NCBI GenBank assembly: GCA_964304625.1
Contig: OZ199839.1
Span: forward strand, 3,524,724 to 3,588,723
Length of the DNA: 64,000 bases
Direction: 5' to 3'
Source of the DNA: Kudoa neothunni
Lineage: Eukaryota; Animalia; Cnidaria
Below, piece by piece: positions 23,890 to 36,726 of the stretch; positions within the stretch are counted from its first letter, which is position 1, and every line of letters starts with the position of its first letter. The translations under genes and the position numbers were made by a program. Under the pieces are notes generated by a model. The model saw only the letters and a list, made by a program, of their open reading frames with translations. It was not told the origin of the DNA and did not search any database.

Positions 23890-25149
23890 TGGAACGTGTT
23901 TCTAATTAAAATAATGAATCAAACAAGATATTTCTTTATTGGGTGTAGTAGTGAAACCGAAGTCGCAAAATCATAAATCGTTAAAAAATCAAAAAATCAC
24001 AATAGCCTTGATTTCCAGCCTCTCAGTTTTATCGTACCACGTCCGAGCGAACAGCTTCACTGCGCATCATATATTTTGAATTCATTAAATTTTCTATTAT
24101 TAAAGTTTAGTTAAAATTTACATTAACCATATACCTTCCGGTCAGCCACGTTCAATTGAGATTTAGTGCCAAATCACAATTACACCTGATTCGATCATAC
24201 ATCCTGCCTAATAATGTAGGATTTTACGAGTCTAAACATATTTTATAAACAATGTCTACAGGTCCGGCATATAAGTTTTATGATATTTTTGCTTTTTTTC
24301 AATGTGAAAATAAAATAAGGTTGGTTGTTTTATGATTTATATCACATTGTTTAAAAACATACATTTAAGGCAGTGTCTATTTTGCCGGAAGCGCTTTTTC
24401 TCCTAAAATAATAATTAAATCGCTATTATTTTTCCCGAAAAGTATCTTTTATAAATGCAGAATAGAAATTTAGTTTTATTAATTCAGGGACATACTTTAA
24501 CATACCTAATTTCTATCAATAAAATCCAAATGAAATCAAGGTACAGTATAACTATTGGGTTCATTCACATTTTAAAATTCTTACAATAGGATAAATATTC
24601 CCATGGAATGATTTGTAAAACATTACAATTTAATAAAATATTCTATTTTCTATTTTCTAATTTGTAATTATTAATTTTTAAATAAATGGTACTGTGTAAC
24701 TACATAAAATTGTGTTTGAATCCTGTATATCGCCATTTCTGTTACATTATTATTATCAACATAATAAAAAAACTTGTTTTCTTAAAGTCTATAACTGTAT
24801 GTAATACAACGTTTAGTCTACCTCTCACTTCACTACTGTTGGCAACTTTATTCCTATAATTTCGTGAATTTCGCAACATGGATAAAATTCACATAGCTAT
24901 CAAAAATAGATATTTAACTGTAGAATCATTCATAGTATCTAAGATTTCCATATCAGTTATTTATGATGTGTCATTATCTCGAACTGCTTCTTGTATATCC
25001 ATCCTCTTCTTTCATGATTCCTCAGTAACGAAACGTAGAGTAAAAATTTTTCTAAAGGGACTCTCATTACATTTTGGATTTGAAATTTCTTGATTGTTGC
25101 TAATAATAAATTCAGACGCTAATTTGAATTAAATTAAGTCGATATATGA

Positions 25150-25280
25150 AAAGTAGGAAAATGAGCTACCACCTTATCCATAAAATCCTAGTTGACAATA
25201 AGCGAGATTAACCCATCCAAAATCTTTTTAAGTAAATCGTATTGAGTCTCCGTTTGTTCAGACCTCACTGATGCTATTTT
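25150..25280 (-). pseudogene. possible hAT transposase C-terminal dimerisation-domain remnant
   Basis: Minus-strand translation ASVRSE...ILDGLISLIVN*DFMDKVVAHF resembles the hATC consensus (ERSFS...RLxGLALLxI...VIxxF). Confidence 0.3.
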
Positions 25281-26691
25281 TTTCAAAGAATCTAAGCTTC
25301 AAATATCGATTAAATGTAGAATTCGGAGCAGATCATTGACTCGGAATTTATGTAATAACTGGTTGCACACTACACAAATTATGCTGAATATGAATATCTT
25401 TGAACATTCGAATAAATGATATGTAATAATTCTTTTTCCATCTCCTATTACAAATTTTATGTCATAAAAATCCATATTCGTTTTCTTTCTAATAGAGTTA
25501 ATATGTCTGCATGGTAACTTCATACTTATGTAGAAGAAACATGTGCAAATATTGAAATAAGTTTCGATTTAATTTCTTATTTCAACCTACATAATATTGT
25601 ATGCATATGACGTTAATGATGTGTTTACATTATGGTAAAGTTTGAGTTTAATTTTTCAACAATTCGAGTTGTTACCTCTCTAACTAATAATCTTCCCGCT
25701 CAGTCTTCATATTTGATAAATAAATTAGCGGATCGCTGACAAAACCTCTATTGTTGAAAGTTTTTCAATCATACCCGATCCAGTAACAAAAGTGTTTCTG
25801 CTTTGAGTACGTATTCATAGATTCTTCAACCTTTCCACAGTTCAAGAATGTATCACCGACCTTTACGTTCGGCATAATATCTTGAATAAGTAGTGTTAGA
25901 TCAGACTCTCCTCCCATAATGATTGAACTCGGTATTATCAACGTTACAGCTGCATTCTAAATGTCATTTTGCTCGTTTATGGCGTTGCACTACATAAGAT
26001 TAGTTTTATTAGAGAAATATACACTGATTCTTCGAAAACTTAAAGTATTGTGTATGGATACTTACACGAGAATTAAAAATATCGTCGATACATTTGGATG
26101 CCCAACTGTTAACTAAAAAATAAATGAAAATAAATTTATATTCTGCGTTTATAAAAGATATTTTTTGGAAAAAGTGATAACGATTGAATAATTATTATAG
26201 GATAAAAAGCAGGGCCGGCAAAACAAATTTTGTCGAAATCAATGATGATATCGAGGAATTAAATCACGCGATTTATGATTTAATTTCTAAGAAAATTCGA
26301 AGTTTTTGTACAAATAAACATTAATTAAAATAATTGCAACATTTCAAATTGTTAAAAAAATTATTGTCGCTATAGCAATATAAATATGTTTTTGTTCGTT
26401 TTAAAATGAAATTTCCTACCAATTCTAATATTGAGATCATTATCTATACATCTAGGTCAAAATATCTTAATATTAACACCAAATTAAAAAAATATAAATC
26501 TTGTTTTTAATAACCCTAGTAATTTATTATTCCCTTTTTGAATGATTGATTGACTAGCAGTAAATATCAATTATTTATTACAAATTTTTAGCACAACAGA
26601 TTAATTATTTAAAAACAGCTGCGATGAAAAAACATACTAAAATTTATAAAGGTCAACAGATTCTTTTTAAAACATTTTTAAACAAAAATTT

Positions 26692-29600
26692 TTATGATAT
26701 ATTTACGGGAGATCGCCATCCACGTCTTCTGTGTAAAGCACATGAACCTAAGGTTATACCAACAACCAGTGTTACAATGAACGCCCTAAACAACATCACA
26801 AGCAAGCAATATCTCTTATACTTACACTGCGATACCGATGTTTCTAGAAATACAATAAAATAATACAAATTTAAAAAAGTGTATATACCTAGATTTATTG
26901 TGAGAACTGTTTTTCCCCGCATCTATATGTTCAAAATCATTATTAATTAACAATAACGAAATTAATCACTCATCCAAACTCAACAACTCTAAATATTACC
27001 TTCGCGTAGATCTGTTTGTTTAGTGGATTCTTCGTTATCGCGTGGTTTTCTATTGGCAAATATCAATGGAAGGATTTTTGCAAATGAATTATATGTAATC
27101 CAACAAAAAATTTAAATAAATCTTACTTAATCAGCTGTTATCTAAATATAAAAAAAATAATTTAATTTGATATTTAGAAAAAATTTTGATTCCTAACAAC
27201 GGATAAATGTCCAAGAGGGTAATAATTTATTCAAAAAACGGTATAAATATATTTTACTAAAATATATATGATATCAAATAAAGAGAATGAAAAATCCTAA
27301 ACTTTTAAATATATAATATATAAAAAATTAAATATTAAAATTGCGCAAAAATATTAACCTTTTGTAGATTGTTGGTCTTGGTTTGTTTCTATGATTGTAT
27401 CAAGAATAAGAAATCCTTTTAGTTGTTGGTTTTTAACAGAATCATCAGAAGAATATTGGATTAATTTTGTTTGTGTTGAATGTGATGTATGGCTTCCCTT
27501 GTTGTAGGTTTGGTAAGGGAATTTCCTTTCGAAGTTCATTTTGTTATATTCCTCTGTCGCTTCCTCTATAACCTGCTCTATAGATTTATATGACACGATA
27601 TGTTTTTCGAAACTGAACTTCATCATATTATCATTATTGATAGTCTCAGAATGAGATATGTGCATTTTATAATCTAAATATTACTTTTACCACATGTTAT
27701 TGAACAAAAACCCACATACAAATATTCTGATGATCGATAAATGAATTCATCATTCCCAAAACCTTCACTGAATATATAATGTAATCTTTAATATTTTGAG
27801 TTGGATGACCCATATTATTGCAGGGTAAGAAACAGTAAATATTCTCTCCACATATCTTAAAGTATTTGAAGGAGGTATCTGAAACGATTTCTCTCATTAC
27901 TATTAAACAAGTTAGCCCCTTAGTAAACTCGTATGCTTCTTTATGTTGTTGAAACTGCAGTGTGATTTGCCTGCTTGTATCAGATCGAATGAAATTTATT
28001 TTGAGGTTAAAGTCATCTAGAAAAATTAATTTATTTTTTTAATATCATATTAGGTATACTTTTCAGCGACTTTGGCTCGGAGAACACAAAGTCTGAAAAA
28101 TAACCTAACGACTCAACACGAATGAAATATTTTGTGTTTGGGTTGAGTCCAGTCACATCAAAACTACCGTCACAGCGATCGTAACATAGTGACCCGTAGC
28201 TATCACATTTAGTAGGCACAAAATTCAAATCGGCATGAGTGGATATCATGATATGACACATGGTTTCATCCCCATTTTTGATAGCTTCCATAGATTGTGT
28301 ATTTCTGGCGATAAAACGTGTATTGTGATGAAAGATATGAAGCACGGTCGCCCCTTCGACGATCTCATAATGAAACTCTTTAATCGCTACAAACATGCCA
28401 TTAATACCGCAATACATTATAAATTTACTTAGCGGAAAAATAAAAAGATATTTTGTGTACCATCCTTTCTGACATTCAATGAAATAATACCCTGGAACCA
28501 CCGTTTCTGTGCGAAATTCATTACCAAATGCTTTACGGAATACCCATGATGCTGAATACGCATAAGGGTAAATATTGAATTCACTACAGCTAGGCCCGGT
28601 CGATCCCCATTTTATTACCTTATCTTCTCTTGAAAATTTTACAGCAGAGGATATAAATTTAGCAATTTCTTCTTTTTTATCTTAGGAAAAAAGTTATTAA
28701 ATTATACATAATATAATTTTTAACCTTCTATAACAATATTATTATTTGTTTTTCTCCTTCCGATAATGGATACTCTAATTTTTCTAGTTTCTCACCGTTA
28801 GAAAGTTTAGGGTTAAATGTTAAATCGTTGCAAAAGTTGATACAAGCAAAGCCTCCACAATTATTAAAATGGCCCCATTCTAGGTGTCGGCTGGGGTTTT
28901 GAAATTCATATAAACACAAGTTGTTTTTATATGGATATTGATTAATAAATTTTTTATTATTTGAATTTCCTTCAAAATATCCTTCCACCTTGGGTTGGCT
29001 GGTTCGATCAATGTATGGGAAGACGGCACTAAAATGGTAAGTGGGCAATGTGGAATCATGAACGATCTCGTAAGTAGCATCGTTAACACCAACTTTCCCA
29101 ATTTCGATAGAAATTAATTTAGGTGTTCTTTCACTTAGCACGCTTCCATGTCTGGTTGATTTCAAAACTTTTCCATTCATCAGTAGGTCAAGGTGTGTAT
29201 TTTCATTCATAATATTATCAGTTTTTGTTATTTTTATAAAAAATAATCTTATTTGAACTTTTACTGTTTGATTATTCTGCATAGGCTCTATTGGTATATT
29301 TATGTTTGATTAAATTAGAGATAAATACATACGAGAATGTATTCGATACACTTTGGTTTTGCCTTGGTGCTTAAATTTCAAAAATGTATCTTCAACTCCA
29401 TGAGAATCCATATGAACTATTCCTTTCATATGAGATGGGCAGTTATTCTTCCATATTTTTACATCACAGTCTTCAATAGTTATTTTCTTGGTGGCAGAAT
29501 GGCCATCTGTAGCACTTATCATTGTAACACCAGCTACGCCATCTGGTAAATCATTTAACACTAGGCTGGTATCGTCGAAATAATCAAATGTAGCGTATTT

Positions 29601-29705
29601 GTATTTTAAACAATAATCTAAATATAATACTTTTTATATGGCACTACACATGCCTTTACCTTTATGTAATGTTATCAGCAAGATTGTCAATATACACTCA
29701 ATCAT
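26692..29705 (-). CDS. orphan type I transmembrane protein (about 770 aa) with signal peptide and FN3-like motif
   Basis: Ten exons assembled from GT-AG sites. Exon 1 MIECILTILLITLHK is signal-like; VTGLNPNTKYFIRVES is an FN3 signature; TM IGIAVAFIVTLVVGITLGSCAL is followed by HRRR and a short tail. Frame corrections are needed near 28750 and 27047. Confidence 0.75.
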
Positions 29706-30253
29706 TGAGACAAAAATTATTATGCTGATTGCGATCAATCGTCCTTGCTATAGAATTTGGTAAAGATTATTGTGGTTGATGCATTTTATACTCTAGTGAA
29801 TAAATGAATTAATACTCAATTCTACTGTTAAAATCTCGAATACATGATTTTGTCACGTACCACTATTGTAACGAATTTAATCCGACACAGAATTTATACG
29901 AGCATAACGCTTTATTATTGTATTACTCGTAATTAACTATACACCTCTTCTCTAATGGTAGTACACGAGATGTCACAATAATCTTACTTTTTTTGGAATT
30001 ATTAAAAAAAATCGTTTTATTCAGCTAGTAGTTATTAAGTAGTTTCATTCGTAATGTTTTCCTTTATTATTAAGGTCTAAAGTCACCTGGTTTTAAAGCT
30101 TCTACATCTTCACTACAATGATACATCCTCATTGTGTTTTGAATCAGTGAGTTCTAACATTCCCTCGAATTATATTTTTATGAAAATACTAAATTTTCCA
30201 ATAAGGAACTGTAAGGAGAAAAAAGCAGATTTGATAGGTTTCAATAAAATAAA

Positions 30254-33200
30254 GGTACTGGCTATTACCACAGGAATCAATTTCTCTGCAATTACTATCT
30301 CTATTAAATAACTAATTTCATATTATTTATATTTATATTTTTCTCTATTAAATTACAGAATTAGGTAACAATTGAGAATATCTTTTTTTAACATATTTAT
30401 ATTGTTTATTTTATTGATTGTTTTCCATATTTACGTGAATAAATTCTTGATTCTAGTTTAAAACACAATTAAAATTGTATTGTATCATTTTCTATCAATA
30501 ATAAGGTTAAAGTTGACGAATTTTGTGTGTTTTTGTAGGCCTGACATTACTCTTGAAGCGCGCGCTTCCACATGATACATTCAAACTCGTGTAATTTAAT
30601 TTATTTCCAATCTTTATAATATTTATATTATATGATTTATTATTTTTTATTCTTAACTTATGAACTTAAAGATAAAATATGCTCATTAAACTTCACAGAA
30701 ATGATGTGAATTTTCCGCTTTAAATTTCAATATAGACAAGAATTTTGAGATAACTAATCATAATTAGGTCATTTCTTAGAAATTAGATGAATATAACACG
30801 ATGAACAATGTCTATCATAATCAAATAAATAATGAGAGACCTAAGAAAATTTAGTTTTTTTTTTGTATCCCATAGTGGTTATAGCTTTCCCTTTGGTCTC
30901 TCAACAGATTTCACTCAAGAGGGACTTTTTAAGGTTAAATGATTGAAAAAAGAAAGGGAGTGAAAGTACCATCAAGCTCGATCATATTTAAAGTAGGTGC
31001 TAATTGATCTTTAGATAAAACAATCTGGAGCTCGGGAGCATTTTCATTTGAAATATTATTAACAATAATATTCTCGATAATCTCCTCACCTTGCGGAACA
31101 ATATTATTACCAACACCCTCAACAATTATTTGAGAATTAAAAATATTCTCAATAACATCTATTTTTTGTAAGTTAGATACGAGTAAAATATTCAAGTTAA
31201 GCGTCATATACCTCTTCCTTCAGAGATATCTTCATCTTCGGCTATAGCCTCAGAGTATTCAATGGTGCGATTTCCTAAAAATAAATCAAGAAAAATTAAG
31301 TTTTCTTAAAATACCTAATTGATTTATTTGTTTTATTAATTTGATGTCGTGGTTCTTGATTATTTTTTCTATTGTGTTGAATAGTGATAGGCAACTATCA
31401 TAAAACTCCCCACAATATTCAGCGGACAAAGCTGCTAGCTTATTTGTGTAAATTACAAAATTTTTTGGACGTTTTCCATAAGAATTAAAAATTCCTTTTG
31501 GTTTTATCGTAATACTCTCTTTTGGTGTTATATTTATAGTTTCCATTTCCAAGAATCGGCTCATGTGATCATTTGACCACCTAGGGTGGCATAAATTTGA
31601 ATCGAACATTGGAAGCAGGTTAAACGCTCTCTTTTTAAAAATATGACTACATGGAAGGAGATACGATCTGTAAATATAACAATTGCATTTTATGGATGCA
31701 GTTAAACTATCTGTATTAGTGTTTTCGTCAAAATTTTGAATTTGTTTGTGGATTATGTTGAAGGCAAATGGATTTGAATGATTAAAATACGCGTTTAGAA
31801 CTTCATTTGAGGTATCAAAATTAACTGGGTTCAGTAAATTTTGATTATATTGTATTTTCTTTCTATTCTCATTGATTTGAGAGCGTCAAAGAAATAACGG
31901 AAAAAATAATTTAGATTTGAAAATTTCTTTATTGTTTGTTTTAGTTGACCATTAATGGCTTATAATCTATTATTGGTCAAGTTTTCATAGAAGTGATGTG
32001 CTTCACTTAATCCTATGACCCCTTTATCAGCGATTGTTTCCTTATTGGATTTAAAATAGTTAGTAAACTTATCGCTGCTTTGTTGAGAAAGATTATTGCA
32101 TAGTTTATCGAATTCATGTTTATTTTTCGAATAGATAATTTTATTGAGTCTCAAGCAATTGGTCCCGTTTCTCTTGAGTGATACCATATTTCGACATAGT
32201 TATTTCACGTCTAAAACTTTGGGAAACATAAAATATGAAAATCATTAGATTGGAGTTTGGCAATAATTCTTTCAAACACTTCCTTAGAGTGTGGTGCTTG
32301 TCAGTAATGATCGTTCGGATATTTTGAGTCATGTTCGGCATCATTTTATTAGTTGAGAAATATACCATTTAATTGACTCCGCCGTTTCATCATACAAGAT
32401 GCAGCCGCTAGTTATGTGGGCTTCACCAACCGAGTCTTCTGCAACAGACAGATACAATGGCGCACTAACAAATTAAGAAAACAACCAAATAGAGAAAACC
32501 TCCTAGGATTATCGTGAGTCTAACAGTACATGGGTTGCATCAAGCATGAATAACTCTGGAAAGAAATTAATTGTGTTGAGCATCTGTTTATCCATAAACA
32601 AGATTCCACAAACATTTTTATTATCATCTGATAAAGCACGCATTATGCGGTTATATTGATTCTTTAGAATTTCAACAACTACAGCAATGTTATCAGATCT
32701 GACTTTGGAGGATTTTTTAATGTTGTGAATAGGTTTCAAAGGTATATCCTTGCCTATCTCGTCATTTACCTTGTCTTGTATGAGTTTTTTTTGCTCCAAG
32801 AGAAAGAAGCTCTGACAAATAGTCATCACATTGGTTTAACTTCTGAATGGGCTGGGTAAGTTCTCATAGATCCATGGATCATTTGGATGGTTATGGGTAA
32901 TGTTAGAAGATCTAATCTCCGGGAAATTTCCGTCTACATTTACTCTTAATGTAACTTTAAATGGGCAATCTCTCTTAAGGGCATTTTTTTGCGTTCGCCT
33001 TTACCTCTATTTAGGTAATGGGCTCCAAAGTAGCACACGTAAGTTATTTCGTAATACACTAACGGGTTTTTAATATTTCGATTAACCCGGCTTCGCACTG
33101 AGTTAATTCTTCTTGAATCTCGAATCTTTAGATTCACAAAATGACTTTTCTCATACTCTTAAATATAAAATTTTAAACATTCAAAAGTTTCAAGTTTCAT

Positions 33201-33535
33201 TCCAACATGAAAATAGTCTGAATTCGAATCACACATTGTAGTTCAACCAAGCTCGTAAAACATGTGGAGTTACGTTTACACTGTATAGATCAATGCGATA
33301 AATTAGAAATGATTAATATTTATAATTAATTCAACGTTAATATTGTTTTAGTCTATTAAATTCGCTAACATTTATGTTAGTAGCCGTCTATTTTCCATAA
33401 ATTTACAACCATCTCAAATTTCTTTATTTTTCATAATTTAGTAGAGAAAAAAATAAATAATAGCAATGTGAAATTAGTTATTTAATTGAGATAATAATTG
33501 CGGAGAAATTGATTCCCGTATTAATAGCCACTGCC
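30254..33535 (-). mobile_element. Mutator-like element (MULE) with decayed ZSWIM3/FAR1-type transposase
   Basis: Imperfect TIRs over 100 bp starting GGTACTGGCTATTA / ending TAATAGCCACTGCC; perfect 9-bp TSD TAAAATAAA. Broken ORFs carry FMLDATH, IITDK, LTNNRL and the SWIM motif CNC..LPCSH (about 31640-31690). Confidence 0.9.
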
Positions 33536-35068
33536 TAAAATAAACTAGATTACAAATACTATATTAAAATAAAATATGAATCATAGTTTAATCCGGTAGG
33601 AAAGCACCCTCTAAAAATGTTTCCGTATGTATGTAATGCAGCAGCTGTAGGCGATAAAACCACAATTCGTTAACTAATAATACCTGCCCCGCGACGACGA
33701 CCAACCATAATATTGAAGTTATTTTTGTTGTATAAAGGGCACCACAATGTATCCAACTGAAATATCCACAATGTATAAATATGCGTATTTTGTTTCCAAC
33801 GGACGAAATTTTTTTGATGTGTTAATTTTGAGGATTAAAAATCTTGAAAAATCCTTGATATTTCTATAAAACGAGATTTTGAAGTATCCAAACTATTTTA
33901 AATTGTAACCATTCAGTAATTTAGATTATTTTCTCCCATACGATAAATTAGCAAATATATTGAATGATTGGATAGATGGTTGGATGAATCATGGAAACAT
34001 TGGATTTATTTTAACCGCAAGCAGTTATAAACAATTAAAAAAATTATTTTAAATCAGGGATTATTTTATAAATTTTTTTGAAAACTCTATAATGCATTGT
34101 TATAGGAGACATTTTCAAAAGTATAAATTCAAATTTTTAAACCTTCACATCCAATGATACAGCGTTTCTGTATCTCCCGCATCAAGATGCATTCATATCG
34201 GATCAGGATACAAGTTTAATAAACCAGAATGTTTCAAAAACGTCTTACCTATATAGAGAGAATGCAACATGTGAATCCATTGTTAAAAATTTTAAGTAAG
34301 TGATTTCGCGCTAATTTTTTAGATTATAATAAGGTATCCATAATGCCTAATTTAACGTTTATCTTCCATCTGTTACATAATATATTTATTTAAATAAAAA
34401 AAATTAATAACTATCAAAACAAATCTACAATATATAGTATATATTTGAAATAAACTTTTAAAATCCAAGTATTAAAAAATGGAGAATTACGCTTGGTTTT
34501 GCTATTGCACAACTTTTCGTTGGCTCCAAAAATGTACACTATATCCATACTGCACCGTCAACTATTTTTGTCTCGTTTGTACAACTGTCACTTGAAAAAA
34601 AAGGCAAATTTTTTTTAATCCGACCCTCAAAACTTAAGGAAATTAAAAATGCAATCCGCCAGTCAAAAACTTTGGTGACCTCTGCTTTACACGATCGTGT
34701 CGAGCAGTTAGCATGGCATGCACAATACAAGAAAGAGTAATCAAAACATTCATCAATTATAACTATGGTACACAACAGAGCATAACTGTTCGGTTATACG
34801 TCTGTTGATCGAAAATGGAAAGTTGGAGTCTAGTGATTTAAAGGGCAGAAGCAAACATGTGAGTAGTGTACAACAAAATGGCTATAAATCATCGTGAGAT
34901 TGTAAACTGTGCGAGCACTCGCATCGGCAGAAGGAACCAGTGAAAGGATAGCATGAGCACACACGCACTAACGAGATATTATTATTAGTAGTAGTATTAG
35001 TATATGTGGCGGGAGAATTATAAACATCGGATTTGAGGAGGTGACGATGACAATGTTTTATTTTTTGG

Positions 35069-36726
35069 TCAAATTGGGCCTTGAGAAATTACTTTGATAA
35101 TTGTTGGATGTTGTGAATCCAGTTCGAGCGTTATACGAACTGGGGGTGGATTGGAGGTGGATTGAAGGCCTCGAAGAATGTTATTCACTGGAGTCATTAC
35201 ACCAGGTGGTACAATAAAATAACATCTATAGTAGTTTTTAATAGAAAAGTGCATTCGCGAAGGCTCCAAATAGGGATATCTGCCGAAGAAAGATTGTAGA
35301 TAGCCTTCTTTAAGATCGTTAAGGTTCTTTCGTTCGTTTTGAGGGTGTGGCAGTTGGTTAGATGAGGGCTGAGGAAGAAACCATCGGCAGCTAGAACAAA
35401 CAAACATTAATAGCAACAACACACGTATAGGAGTTAATTAAATCGAAAAAATACCCCAAGGCTGCGCATAGTGGTTAAGAACGATGACGACAGATTCATC
35501 AGATATTCTTTCATTGGATCCAAATACTTGGGTGTAAGCCAATCAAAACAAAGATCATATTTTTCGTCTAGCGCCTTCAGCAAGGATCGAAACAGCGACC
35601 GTATAAATGAATAATCAGGGGGTCTCATCGAAACGTAAATGGCGACAATAATTAATGTAAAGCATAAATTCCAAAGGTAGATCTTTGCACAAGACACTAA
35701 CCGGCGTGGATAGCTTTTTTTCACATATCCGATCGTATTTTTGTTTCTTTCCTCGACAATCGATTCCCTGCCAAGGTAGACATTGAACGCAAAAATACAC
35801 CAACACATATCCAATAGATTCAAGATCATCTCGCCTCGATTGTGCTATTCCGACGTGGGTGTTGATGCTCACATACCTAAATTCGACTCAGCTAGACAAT
35901 AAGCTCCAACCTCATCCTGTTTCTATTACCGTGCTGTACCAGTCAACGAACGCGTGTTGTTGTATTTGATGTGATTGTGTTGAGGGCCGGATTGGTATTG
36001 TTTCGAGAGACCGAAATCAATAATAAAAACTCTGTTGCTATTGTGATCGAGACCCATAAGAAAATTATCGGGCTTAATATCACAATGAATAATCGAGTTT
36101 TGATGCACATATTCGATCACTGTGATCAGTTGATCAGCCAACATACACACTGTTTTGATTGAGAATTTTCTATCACAAAACGCATAAAATTCTTCCAGCG
36201 ATGGGCCCAACAAATCTATTACAAGTGCTTTCTGATTACGGTGATTGGTGTACAATTTCGAGAATGGCACATGTTTGCCGTCCGACAACACATTATACAC
36301 TCTGGATTCGTAAACAAGTTGAGATGATGACGCATTATCCAGTTCAATTTTTACAGCAACTTCTCGATTATTGTACACATTGTAACCGTGATACACTGCC
36401 CCAAAAGAGCCGGATCCAATTTTTTTGATCATTCGATACTTTCCAGCAATCAAATCACTGGGAGTTTGTGATGGAGTGCTGTTGTTACTATTAACCGTCG
36501 AGTTGTAATAACTAATGGTAGCGTTGGCTGCAGTTGATTGTGGTGTTTGTGCTCGACTGGAGTATAGAGGTCTTGATTGCGGATGTGTGACCTTTTTTTG
36601 GGTGGGCACTCTCAATGCAAGAGAACTGCCGCTCACGCTAGGCTTTGGCGTTCCTTCATCATTTTTAGGTGTGGATAAAGGTGTTTTGCCACTATCGTCC
36701 CCTTTGTTCGGGGTGTTATTTCGCAT
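35069..36726 (-). CDS. CSNK1: casein kinase 1 (alpha/delta-like) with long S/T/P-rich N-terminal extension
   Basis: Motifs [49 protein letters not shown] and SRRDDLES. +1 frameshift in the C5 run near 35620 (ETP|DYS). Last exon ends at 35358 or 35069 depending on phase. Confidence 0.93.

Noticed and set aside
34500-35060. GC-richer tract with 78-aa ORF downstream of CK1
   Set aside because: No recognisable motifs; most simply the CK1 3' UTR.
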